A DNA stretch of 18,116 nucleotides from assembly GCA_024704765.1 (NCBI GenBank), contig JAKMXF010000121.1:1-18116 (forward strand), in the 5' to 3' direction. This document shows, piece by piece, positions 1-9,902 of the stretch. The first letter of the stretch is position 1. The number at the start of each line of letters is the position of its first letter. Below the pieces are notes generated by a model. The model saw nothing but the letters and a program-made list of their open reading frames with translations, ran no database searches and was not told where the DNA came from. The stretch is from Oopsacas minuta. Taxonomy: Eukaryota; Animalia; Porifera. The position numbers were made by a program, and so were the translations under genes.

Positions 1-315
1 ATGCAGAAGTAGCAGTCATCGTGATGGTTCTTGGGCTCTCGTCAAACCATTGGTACCCAAACTTCATGGATTTGGCTTTTCCTTGGGTCCATAGGCGGAG
101 GGTTTCTGTGCAATATTTGCACACTTTGTGAGGGCTCCATGACTTATCCTGATCGCCTAATTTAATACCAAAGTAAGCCTGATAAGCTATTTTTGTGACA
201 TCTCTAATATTAAAACGATGTTCCTTTGCCATTTTTCACCACAAATATAGCAAAAGACATCAGGATCTTTGAGGCAACAACGTCTAATGCGTTTTGGATC
301 CCTAAAAGGTTTCAT
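1..315 (-). pseudogene. Cys/His-rich N-terminal fragment of a Chapaev-like transposase
   Basis: Manual translation with two frameshifts and one stop: MKPFRDPKRIRRCCLKDPDVFCYICGE..AKEHRFNIRDVTKIAYQAYFGIKLGDQDKSWSPHKVCKYCTETLRLWTQGKAKSMKFG.PMV*REPKNHHDDCYFC. The FCYICGE, GDQDKSW.PHKVC and PMVWREP.NH..DCYFC motifs are typical of a widespread animal transposase family. Confidence 0.8.
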
Positions 316-527
316 GTTGTGAACAAATAGTTGTAAATGGTGATATAAACATACAAACCGAAAATATTTGTAGTACTACCTTAAAATTTAAGGTTGTATA
401 ATTTCTAGAAAACTAGAGCCAATTCAGCAAAACTAATAGTATTTTCGGATACAGCAACCCCGATTTACCCTAAAAACACTGCAACAATCTGAGCCAAGAG
501 ATAGAAATATTTTTTTGTTGACCTGTG
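1..527 (-). mobile_element. 5' end of a CMC/Chapaev(3)-like DNA transposon, truncated by the window edge
   Basis: On the minus strand the putative terminus reads CACAGGTCAACAAAAAAA from 527, with TTA (TWA-type) at 528-530 just outside it. A transposase N-terminus follows at 315->1. CAC termini with a TWA target fit my recollection of Chapaev3. The partner end lies outside the window, so TIR and TSD cannot be verified. Confidence 0.65.
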
Positions 528-851
528 TTATTCTCTGTGGTAATGTATGTAATTATATCAGGGGCGCCCACAAGCATTCGCACGTGCGTAATGTAAATTA
601 CCTCTGATAATTTTACACACTTTTGTACTAAGCTTTTTATTAGTTATTAGGCTCATTGGTTTGGAAAATTGGATACAGTAACTGCCTGGACAAACAAAAC
701 GAACCAATGAAGTCCTTTGCCAAGCAGTGGTAGTAGAAAGTGAGGGTCCTGAGCCTGGGCCTAGCTACACCCACGAAAAAGTTTCGAATCTAAAGAATAC
801 AGACCCAACGCCACCGAGTTATAGTAAACGTTTTTGCAACGAATATAGAAA

Positions 852-1656
852 ATGCATTTGTATACCACAGAACTAGGCTCTGTGAGTAGTAATTCCGAGT
901 TTGTAGACATTGGCAGTGGCAAAATCATGGATATTCATCCTGCAACTGATTCTTTGGCAATGTTTATCCTAACATCATCTAAATTCAAACCACCTAGAGG
1001 ATGGAAAGCACCACTGAGACTGATCGGAAAGAAAAAACGACGTGTACCTGACAAAGTATTTGTTGATGACAGGTATCACACGATATCTTACAGCCCTTCT
1101 AAAGATGGTCCTATTGCTTAGATGTGTAGCTTTCTCTCATAGCACTGGTGGGCTTGTTAAAAACCTATCACAGACTGGAGTAATTGTACCAAGATACTTA
1201 CATCTCATATGCATTCGCAGTTTCATTTGACTGCTGAATAAGGGGACAGCATTCATAAAGTGTGTGTAAGATGAAACAAGACAGTATCGCCGAAAGCCTT
1301 CAAAAGCATACAAAGAAAAGTGGATCGCAACTAGCAGGCATTATTGTCGATTATCAAGATTGTTATTTTTTGTGAACGACAAAATCTACCTCTGCGCCGC
1401 ACTTGTGTCGAAGTTAAACATTCAATGATTGATTGACTTTCGCCCTGAAACAGTTGTCACATTAGCCAGTTACTTGTGTAATGGCCCGAAATATGCTACT
1501 TACCTTCGTCACAGGATATAGAACTCTGTGAAAACCACATAATAGCACACATCGTTCAGTCTGTTAGTTGATGAATCAGCAAATGTCAATAATAAAGAAC
1601 AAGTTGCTATGTGCGTTCGTTACTGCAGCCTGCCCGATTACGTTGTTGCAGAGGAC
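852..1656 (+). pseudogene. Outer hAT transposase, 5' part (TTF-type Zn finger to first catalytic Asp)
   Basis: ORFs 852-1121 and 1042-1230 are frameshifted pieces of a TTF-like finger (PLRLIGKKKRR...YHTISYSPSKDG..C..CVAF). At about 1565-1656 the frame reads LVDESANVNNKEQVAMCVRYCSLPDYVVAED, the hAT DES / EQ...RY motif, and ends at the Ginger insertion. Confidence 0.85.
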
Positions 1657-1739
1657 TGTTGCGTAGGATTTTGACCCACAATATAAAATCCCAATACCAT
1701 ATCTATGGTGCGGGTCATAATCCTACGACGTAATATATG

Positions 1740-1896
1740 CGTAGGATTTTGACTCGCATCAAAATGTATAACAGCCATAGGATTTGGGCCCGCATCAAAA
1801 TGTATTATTATAGTAGGATTTTGACCCACATATAATGTATTATTGCCGTAGGATTCTGACCCGCATATAATGTATTATTGTCGTAGGATTTCGACC
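1740..1896 (+). repeat. Subterminal tandem array of the Ginger element, 5 units of 35-36 bp
   Basis: Units of approximately CGTAGGATTTTGACCCGCA + ATAATGTATTATTG start at 1740, 1776, 1812, 1847 and 1882. The 19-bp core is the TIR motif. An inverted copy (TGCGGGTCATAATCCTACG) lies at 1709-1727. Confidence 0.95.
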
Positions 1897-3139
1897 ATAA
1901 AGTAATCTTACTTCTCTGTCATTGACTTTTTCGAATTCCATACACTTTCATTACGTAATTATCACTAAATGTACGTAATGTAATTCAACTTTAGACTAGC
2001 TATACGTATACGTAGCTGAATAAGCAAGTGAATTTAGAGTTGGATTCTAGAAAGTAGTGAATTTGTTTGATAACATGTAAACTATATTCCCACTACGTTT
2101 AACAAAATTACATGTATAATTTTCCAAAATGGACAGTGTATCTAAATATTTTGTATTAATATTACTTGACAGAAGGTAGTAGGTATTTGATAATTGTATT
2201 TAATAACTCATAATATAATTTAACATGTCAATCTATATATTGCAATATATTCTATCAAATAACAAAAATTGTGCAAGCATTAGCATGATAGTGAATATTT
2301 CGGAATATCTTAAGTACGAATTATAGGCCAATTCATCTTTGCCCATTTCTCTATACTTCCTAACAAGCTTTAAGGAACATACCACTGAAATATGTTCATC
2401 TATTGCACAAGCGTAGACTATGCATTGTTACGGGAGTCTTGATATAATGTTGATACACATAAAGTTGAGGTGAAAACCGCGAGCCTCTGGCACGTTGCAT
2501 ACTCCTGGAAAACACTAGATTTCTATAAACATAACAAGTCAGCTGCGGTGGCCTCCTCCTTCTCCTTACAGCCGCCCCTTAACGCTAAACGTTTAACGTT
2601 AACCTCACCTTGTTTATGTGTGCAGTGCAAAAGCGAGTTTGATGTGATTGCGATCACACCAAATTCGATTCTAAGCTGCAACTTAAATGAATAAGTACAA
2701 TAAATCGTAATTTAACAGACACGCGAGGAGCTAACGGACCCCAAACGGCCACAAATAAGGAAACAATAAAATTACAAATTAGATAAGAAACTCGCTTGTA
2801 TCTGATTAAATGCTGTATTTCGTATAGTCGTAGATTCGTCAGTTGCGCTGTTATCCTAGCAATACACTTGAGATAGTAGAGTGATTATATGCGGCACTGG
2901 GGATGTGCTGTTGCAGGTCGCGTTTTCATTATCTGAGCTCACCATTATAGAGATTTCGTTGCCTGAATAACCTCGGGCAGAGGTCCACGCAAGTTCGACG
3001 TACCTTGCCTTTGAACGCTCCGAATGGTGGAAAAGTGTTACATCGTAAATCGCCAAGATTTAGTCAGAAGAGTGCAAGAGATAGTCTCAGTATTGATAGA
3101 TCCGATGAAAGAACAGTTCCATAGTTGGATGAGATTTTC

Positions 3140-3840
3140 TCATTCTGTCATATTTATAGAATAGCCCGTTTCAGTATATGATTGAATAGAGTGTCTTTTA
3201 CTCAATATACTAAAGTCAGCAAGTTGGTAGTGAAGTGTCCGTTGGTTGTGGCTGATGATAAAGTGTTTGTCAATATCACTCGCAAAAATGTCTGGCAATT
3301 AAGGTAGATGACCGATTTAAATTGTTAACAAGATAGGTATTGAGTTGAATCGACCAGATATCATCTAGAAGACAGCAATAGTTGATCCACAAGACTTACA
3401 TTTAATAGGAACGAGACTTACGTTAACCGATGATTCCAGGTTAGTGATAATGGCACCAATATTTCTAATCATGGGAGCTGTCCCCAATTTATTGGTGGCA
3501 TTGTAAGATAGTGAACTATTTGTTCTGACACAAATCCTCGGTTCGTTAATATTTGATGATGTTACCCTCTGATCCAAAGAAATCGTAAGACCGTATCAAT
3601 CCTGAGGAACCATAAATAACTTCAAGCCCAATTTTAGTAGCAACATATTCTCGAAGTTTCTCAAATTCACAATTAGCAGCCAATTCGAATATGTAGTTGA
3701 ATTCAGCTTCAATATGTGTACTTCCGATTAACTTCAGTGAGTCTATGATGGTTGCTTTATTCGAACTAAGAATAGCCAATATATTGTGATAGAACAGGTG
3801 TTAGATTGCACGATGTTGTTATACTCTCCTCCCCATTTAG
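3140..3840 (-). pseudogene. Ginger transposase C-terminal region: USP-like papain-fold cysteine peptidase domain (degenerate)
   Basis: Cys box KWGGEYNNIVQSNTCSI(D)NILAIL (Cys codon 3794-3796), then YDFFGSEG, CKSC near 3400, His box YQLADFSILSKRH(F)YSII (His 3191-3193) and FYKYD (Asp 3147-3149). The reconstruction needs several 1-nt frameshifts and read-through of stops. Confidence 0.65.
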
Positions 3841-4303
3841 GGGCATGGGACAAGATCTGATGCATTTTGTATAGATTGTTCTGGTATTTCAATGATCTCA
3901 TGAACTTGCTCAGTTGGGAATATTAACTCAATTATTACTGGTAATAGAACAGCAATTGGATAGTCAAGATCTCTTCATGTCTCCTCAGGTATTTCAGTAA
4001 GATAGGAGGAACGATATTCTGTGTACCAATTACCGGCTGATACAGCAAGTTTCTCCCTAATCTCAAAATTTAGTTCGTTGGGTGGATGGTAAGAATATAG
4101 TAAATTCAATGAAGTTAGAGATGCAGCTTTTGTAGCGAGTTTCTCATGTAGTTGGGTTAAGTAGATGTTATTGACAAGGGCTGATAGTATTCGAGGTTTC
4201 AATTGAGGTAGCTCAGAGTCGATATTTTCATAGATTGAGTGTTGTTGCGGTGTTTCAAATGTTTCTTCTATGGTATCCAGGTTCAATATATCATCCAAAG
4301 AAT
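3841..4303 (-). pseudogene. Ginger transposase exon part: acidic linker plus an unassigned ~150-aa region upstream of the peptidase
   Basis: ORF 3975-4313 continues in the same frame past one TGA (EET*RDLDYPIAVLLPVIIELIF...DLVPCP) up to the WGG motif. Acceptor TTTAG at 4304 is phase-1 compatible with the donor at 4516. Confidence 0.7.
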
Positions 4304-4516
4304 CTAAATACATAATAAATATGCGAAATGTAGGATTGCTATCACAGTAGAACTCGGATAAGACGTACCCTCAGGAAACAGAAATTAGTACGTCTTGTTC
4401 GAGTTTTACTGTATTATTGAATCAATACAGAACACAACTAGTTTTATATGTCCGTAATCATGGGCTGAGCCAATTAGTTATAGTTCAGTACAATATTGTC
4501 TCGCTAATATATTTAC

Positions 4517-4797
4517 CGCTAGAAGGGAATTTGCGAGATCTTTTAGACTTCTTTGATATGCCGGTCTTCGTTCGAACCTGCCTTTTTTCGTTCATCCGAG
4601 AATGATATTTTCGTGATAGATGGATAGGTAATTTGGTTGTTTTATTATCTGGGTCTTTGCGAGCAACTAGGTGGCTTGGTTTAACTTTCTCTATCGTATA
4701 TGATCCCAAATATTTCCTTGCATCTTTTGTTCCTGGGAGTCGCTTGGCTTTCTTTATATTATGTACAAGTACTTCATCTCCTTCCACAAATTCTGAT
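4517..4797 (-). pseudogene. Ginger transposase exon with GPY/F-like module and basic tail
   Basis: SEFVEGDEVLVHNIKKAKRLPGTKDARKYLGSYTIEKV, with GSY at 4698-4706 in place of GPY. Bounded by acceptor TTTAG (4798) and donor GTAAAT (4516). Confidence 0.85.
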
Positions 4798-5064
4798 CTA
4801 AAGTTTAAACAATGATTATACAAAGAATTATAATCTGCCAATTACGTACAGTTGTAATGTTGCTAATTTTATAACTAAAAGTAAGTGTTTTGGAATTTAA
4901 GAATTCATATAATTGAGGAAACAATAAATTAGTTCCGATTCAAGACTATTTCATATTTACCTGATTATACAACAGTCAGTGAATTTAATTGAATTTAGTA
5001 AGAGATGATGTATGAAATTCCAACATGTTACATCACAACAAGAATGTGTTTCGTTATTGCTTAC

Positions 5065-5459
5065 CTGTTGTGTTTAACTATGCTGTCATATGTTTTCTTT
5101 TGAATTTTCTGACCAGCCTTGATGCTTTCAATAGCAGTCATCTTAGCAGCTCTACGTGTTGAAGGAAGATTTTCTATCCATTCGTTATCAATTATAGGAA
5201 AGTCAAATGGGCATAGTTAGTTTGCATCCATTTGAATAATTTCATGTGTTGTGATTAATCTGCATCTTGGTTAATAATCCGGGTTAGTTGGGAACATGAT
5301 AAGATTGAGAAGGGTAGATGAATCAAAGTCTCTCCCAAACACGAGATAAAAGGATGTCTAGCTTGTGAGATTTTGGTTTGAGTATTTGCTGCAAGTACTG
5401 CTGTCTGTAATTTCCCTGTCCATTCCGTGCCCCCGTCAGATTGCATCTTGTTAATTTTT
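5065..5459 (-). pseudogene. Ginger transposase exon, post-catalytic helices
   Basis: KINKMQSDGGTEWTGKLQTAVLAANTQTKISQARHPF(Y)LVFGRD...WIENLPSTRRAAKMTAIESIKAGQKIQKKTYDSIVKHN matches the integrase W..L..v..A.N....S....PF.l.fGR and Q..QK..YD motifs. One frameshift and two stops. Acceptor AATAG (5460), donor GTAAGC (5064). Confidence 0.85.
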
Positions 5460-5588
5460 CTATTTTTAAAAAGTGTCGGATAGATTCAAGCTATCTAAGT
5501 ATTTATGACGTTTATTATGTATACATTATCATCACCCACTTATTTATTATAAGAGCTTAAAATTAATATATTTAGCATCAATACTCAC

Positions 5589-5695
5589 GTTTTCAATATT
5601 TTGTTGTGTGACTCAACAAGTCCATTACTTTGTGGGTAGTATGCTATGGTTCTACTGGTAATGACATTTATCTTCTTGTGAAATTCTTGAATATC
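5589..5695 (-). pseudogene. Ginger transposase exon carrying the catalytic Glu
   Basis: 107-nt exon DIQEFHKKINVITSRTIAYYPQSNGLVESHNKILK (Glu 5612-5614), matching the integrase Y.PQSNG.vE..N..lK motif. Acceptor TAG (5696), donor GTGAGT (5588). Confidence 0.92.
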
Positions 5696-6061
5696 CTACT
5701 TTAAAAGTAAGTAACCGGACAATAGCAATCTACTACGCGCAATGTATTCAGTCTTGTACAACAATAGTTAGAAACCTAAAACGATTAATAAGGTAAATTT
5801 TCTACCCGAAGATAGTAGCATCAATTTGTACATTCTTCTTTATCAGTATTTAACATAAAATATAATCCAATTTTCCACACGGTTTCTTAAATATGGCCAT
5901 CAGGACGCACAATTTCCTACCAGGGTATATATCGAAGCAATCCACTGACAATTGATAATCCAACATGTTATGTACGTATATCCAATATAGTAAGTTGCAT
6001 TGTATATCGGGAATAATTTACTTGGTGTATTTGCAATTACTATGCAAAAAATATGAGTTAC

Positions 6062-6300
6062 CTGGCTTGAGAATTCTGTTCCCTGATCATGTTGGAGGAT
6101 GTTAGGTACACCAAATGAGAGATAAATCTCCTGTAAACATCCAATATTTCTTTTGACGTTTTAGTCTTGAGTGGTCGGGCAATTATAAATTTACTCGGGT
6201 AGCACACGATTACAAGAATGTGCTGAAATCCAAGTACAGTGCGAGATATATTGCTTACAAGATCAATTCCACAATGACACCATGGTTCTTCAGGAGGAGG
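6062..6300 (-). pseudogene. Ginger transposase exon part carrying both catalytic Asp residues
   Basis: PPPEEPWCHCGIDLVSNISRTVLGFQHILVIVCYPSKFIIARPLKTKTSKEILDV/QEIYLSFGVPNILQHDQGTEFSSQ, with D1 at 6262-6264, D2 at 6086-6088 and one frameshift. Donor CAG|GTAACT at 6061. Confidence 0.92.
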
Positions 6301-9300
6301 CAGAGGCGGAACTACATACGGGCCTACCTGGGCCTGTGCCCGGGTAAATGAGGATTATGCCCAGGTACAGGCCCAGGTAAATGAAAATTGTCCTTGAGTT
6401 GCTGAGATCTGATATAGGTGTAATTATTATACTAGATTATTCTTAATTCGATATTTTTAACTAACATCAGACCGTGTTATGTTAATGTTGAGCGTCATTA
6501 TACGCAATGCGTTAGTTTAATTTTTATCAACCCATATTGTATTATAATCTAGAAAGATGTAATCTTGAATACACGTACTTAGAATGCAATTTAGTGTTCT
6601 AGCTTCTCGAGGTAAATTGGCCTTCTAACAATAGCTATTGATATTTATCATCGCAATGGTGATTACAATAAGATAAGTATTTTCTTTAATTATTTAATGC
6701 TCCTGTTTTCTTTTAACTTCTTTTTCACTATTTAGTACAATGTCTAATCCCAAATCTTGGTTACAATTAACTCTCGTTGATTTTCAAGCGAAACGGCAAT
6801 GTCTTGTGCCTAATAATTATTCTCATGATTCAATTTCTTCGCAATTTAATCTTACTGATGCAACTCAATCTTATTCTCCTACTAGTTTCGAGGAAAAGGC
6901 TGGAATTGAAGTTGCTAATTTGGCTCTTTTAGGAGACACAAATGAGAATATTGCTGTACACTCTTCAGATCATCTTGTACATATCACACTTCCTCGGAAT
7001 GGAAATACAGTTACTCCCATATCCAGCGTCAGTGATATCCGTATTCCTAGTGATATTTCTAAAGGCCCGCAGGAAAACCTATCCAGTCCGATAGATTCCT
7101 AACTATATTCCCATCGACTTCTATTGGAGGAAAAAAACGTTCGTTTAATCCTGACTGGTTCCTCATTTATGAATGGCTAGAGTACTCTATTACGAAAGAT
7201 TCGGTATATTTTTTTCCTTGCCGTCATTTTCCAAGGAACAGAACATATTCTAAACATTCTTTTACAAAACTTGGTTTTAATGATTGGAAACATGCAGTAG
7301 GAAAGGATGGAATTATTTCTTGTCACGCTGCTGCTAAATCTCATATTGATGCTATGCAATCCTGGGCGGATTGGAAAATAAATGAACAGTTTGGAACATC
7401 AGTTGATCATCGTCTTGAAACTAGTAGAAGAGAACGAATCAACCTTGATAAACATTATTTGAAAACAGTTGCTAAAGTTCTCTTATTATGTAGTCGAACC
7501 GAGATTTCTCTTCGGGGTCATGATGAATCAATTGAGTCTAATAACAGAGGATATTTTCTTGAAATCCTCGATGTTGTTGCTAATCATGATACTCTAGTTA
7601 AAAAGAGAATGGAAATGGGCCAGAAAAATGCCAAATATTTATCAGGCAAAATACAAAATGAAATCCTGAATGTTATGGCAATATGGTTCGAAATATTATG
7701 TGTACTGATATCCGTGTTGCTGAGTTTTATTCTTTGATAGCCGATGAATCCAAAGATGCGAGCAAAAAAGAACAGCTCTCTATTTGTGTTAGATATGTTA
7801 ATGCTAATTCTATCATAAACGAAAGATTCTTAACCTACGTTGAAATTTCATCGCAAAATGCAGAAAGTCTATCTCATCATATCTTAACCACGTTGAAAGA
7901 AAACGCATCGAATCCGTTAAATATGGTTTCTCAAGCCTACGACGGTGCTTCTGTCATGAGTGAGAGGTGCAGAGGGGTCCAAGCACCCATCAAAGAGTTT
8001 GCACCAAAGGCTAGATATGTTCACTGCTACGCACATTCACTGAATTTAGCCTTAGTTGATTGCATTAAGAGTGTACAACATGCTTGGGATTTTTTCAGTT
8101 TAATAGAAGCTCTGTACATATTCGTTTCAACATCTAAAGCACACCCAATTTAGCTGAATAAACAACAATTACTTCATCCTGGCAAACAAACTCGTAATTT
8201 GGCAAAGTTGTCTGATACGCGATGGTCTTGTCGCTACCGTCCATTGAACTCAATATGTTATACTTTTGATGCACTAATAGCTACTCTTGAAGAATTTTGG
8301 CATTGAAATGATCGTTCAAAAGCAATTGAAGCTAATGGACTTCTATTACAGATAAAAACCTTTAAATTTTTGCTTACTCTTATTACATTTGATAAGATTT
8401 TTCCAATACGAATGTATTGTCTGAATGTCTCCAGAGTGGTCATATAGATTTCTCCACAGCTGTTGATTTAGTCTCTGCCACAACTTTGATTTTAGAAGAA
8501 TTACGCTCTATTGAAGAGGGGAGAGAATTATTTCATATGCTCGGGATGTTGCAAACTTAAATGCCATTGATTTCTGTTTTCCTTCGCAACCTAGACAAAG
8601 AAAACTACATGGTTCTTTGGAAAATTTGAAATTTCATCCCCAGTAGGTAATCGATCCATCCTTTCTACGGAAGAACAATACAGGAACAATCTATATCTAC
8701 CAGCCATTGTTAGACTGTTAGCAGAATTAAACCATCGATTTAATTCAAATAGTAGAGTCCTTATGAAAGCAATTCAAGCCTTCAACCCAAATTCAGGAAA
8801 CTTTCTAGAAGCAGCAGAAATCGATGAATTTGCTCAGGCTTATACATTGATTCCCACCATTTGAATCTTGAATCAAAACTCGCAAAGCGTGCAAGGATAG
8901 CATTCAAATTAGAAAGTATCAATAGCTTGTTACTGAAGCTTTTACCTCTAGAAACTGCCTTTCCAAACTTAGTAAAGGTCATACGAATCGCAATGACCAT
9001 TGGTGTTAGCAGTGCACATTCTGAGAGATCTTTTTCTACACTTAACCGTGTGAAAATCTATTTAAGGACAACAATGGGTCGCCAGCGGCTCACAGACCTT
9101 TGTATTTTGAGCATCGAGAGTACAATCTCAAACAATCTAGATTTAGATGAGGTAGTTCAGAAGTTCTGTTCAAGTAACATCAACCGTAGGATTACATAAG
9201 TATGACCATAAGAGTTTTGTATTGGTTATCGACAATATTTACTAAAAATATGATAACAAGAATAATTTATTATACTCCGCTAGAGTTGAATATAGACTAG

Positions 9301-9402
9301 AGCATGTATTTACTAAAAACATTTGCTTTGATTTAAGGTCAATTTATGGGTGTTGGATGTTGCGTTGTGCCCGGGGAAATAAAAGTCCTAGTTCCGCCAC
9401 TG
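6301..9402 (+). mobile_element. Inner hAT DNA transposon (3102 bp), ZnF-TTF/DUF4371-type
   Basis: 14-bp TIRs CAGAGGCGGAACTA (6301-6314) and TAGTTCCGCCACTG (9389-9402) match at 13/14. Perfect 8-bp TSD GGAGGAGG (6293-6300, 9403-9410). Subterminal GCCCAGGTA/GCCCGGG motifs occur near both ends. Confidence 0.97.
6740..9199 (+). pseudogene. Inner hAT transposase, multiply frameshifted
   Basis: FPSTSIGGKKRSFNPDWF..YEWLEYS (TTF finger), LRGHDE..N.G.FLE (DUF4371-like), IADESKDASKKEQLSICVRY, AYDGASVM, VHCYAHSLNLA, LSDTRWSCR, and SSAHSERSFSTLNRVKIYLRTTM...RLTDLCILSIE (hAT dimerisation domain). Stop at 9197-9199. Confidence 0.95.
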
Positions 9403-9553
9403 GGAGGAGGAATAAGTTGAAGCTCTCCTTGTGGCTGAGGAGGTAGAGCAGCAGAGGTTTGACAGTCATGGCAAGCTCGGATCAAGAACGGGAAATGATT
9501 TAATTGTCAGTTTGTAGTCCAGTCTAATGTAATTTGCTACATCCCAGATGTCC
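9403..9553 (-). pseudogene. Ginger transposase HHCC Zn-binding region (degenerate), contiguous with the core once the inner hAT is removed
   Basis: GHLG at 9542-9553 and CHDCQTSAALPPQPQGELQLIPP ending at the TSD. The empty-site join reads ...QLIPPPEEPWCHCGIDLV in one frame. The segment between GHLG and CHDC has stops or indels. Confidence 0.8.
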
Positions 9554-9820
9554 CACTAAATTAGCATTCCGTTCTGCTTTTTCTTCAATCAAGTTGGCAA
9601 ATATGTTTATGTGACATACTCCCACTACCTATCTCAATTACTAACTACTGCAAGGATCATTAGTTGTTAGATACATGGTTGGTTGTATCCCACAAATAGA
9701 TTTCCATATGATAGAATTGTATACTGCATACTAAATATCATCAGATCGCACAAATAAAGCTGTACACAGTAGAATAATTACAAGGTGAATAACCTCAAAC
9801 TATAAAATACATGCTGTTCT

Positions 9821-9902
9821 CAGACTTACCAACCCCTTTTGCAAATTTCCCTGGATTTTCAAAATTTGCAATCCAGGGATCCCTGGAGGGTTGGTAAGTC
9901 TG
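9821..9902. mobile_element. 82-bp MITE-like element with 6-bp TSD
   Basis: Perfect 15-bp TIRs CAGACTTACCAACCC (9821-9835) and GGGTTGGTAAGTCTG (9888-9902). TGTTCT is duplicated at 9815-9820 and 9903-9908. Internal inverted blocks GCAAATTT/AAATTTGC and CCCTGGATT/AATCCAGGG. Confidence 0.9.

Noticed and set aside
575-593. Palindrome CATTCGCACGTGCGTAATG as a regulatory site
   Set aside because: It is adjacent to the hAT TIR and most simply a subterminal element feature.
745-776. CCTAGCTACACCC as the right end of a small insertion, with a possible similar left end near 10167
   Set aside because: The two lie in different nesting layers and in an orientation that does not form a pair, and no TSD was found.
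1638-1829. 63-aa ORF with repeated GQNPT/HFDA motifs
   Set aside because: It is only a translation of the subterminal tandem repeat.
1740-1896. CRISPR-like repeat-spacer array
   Set aside because: The spacers are near-identical to each other, the repeat is the Ginger TIR core, there are no cas genes, and the context is eukaryotic.
7177-9000. Antisense ORFs over the inner hAT (7177-7359, 8258-8443, 8782-9000)
   Set aside because: They are shadow ORFs of the transposase with no recognisable motifs.
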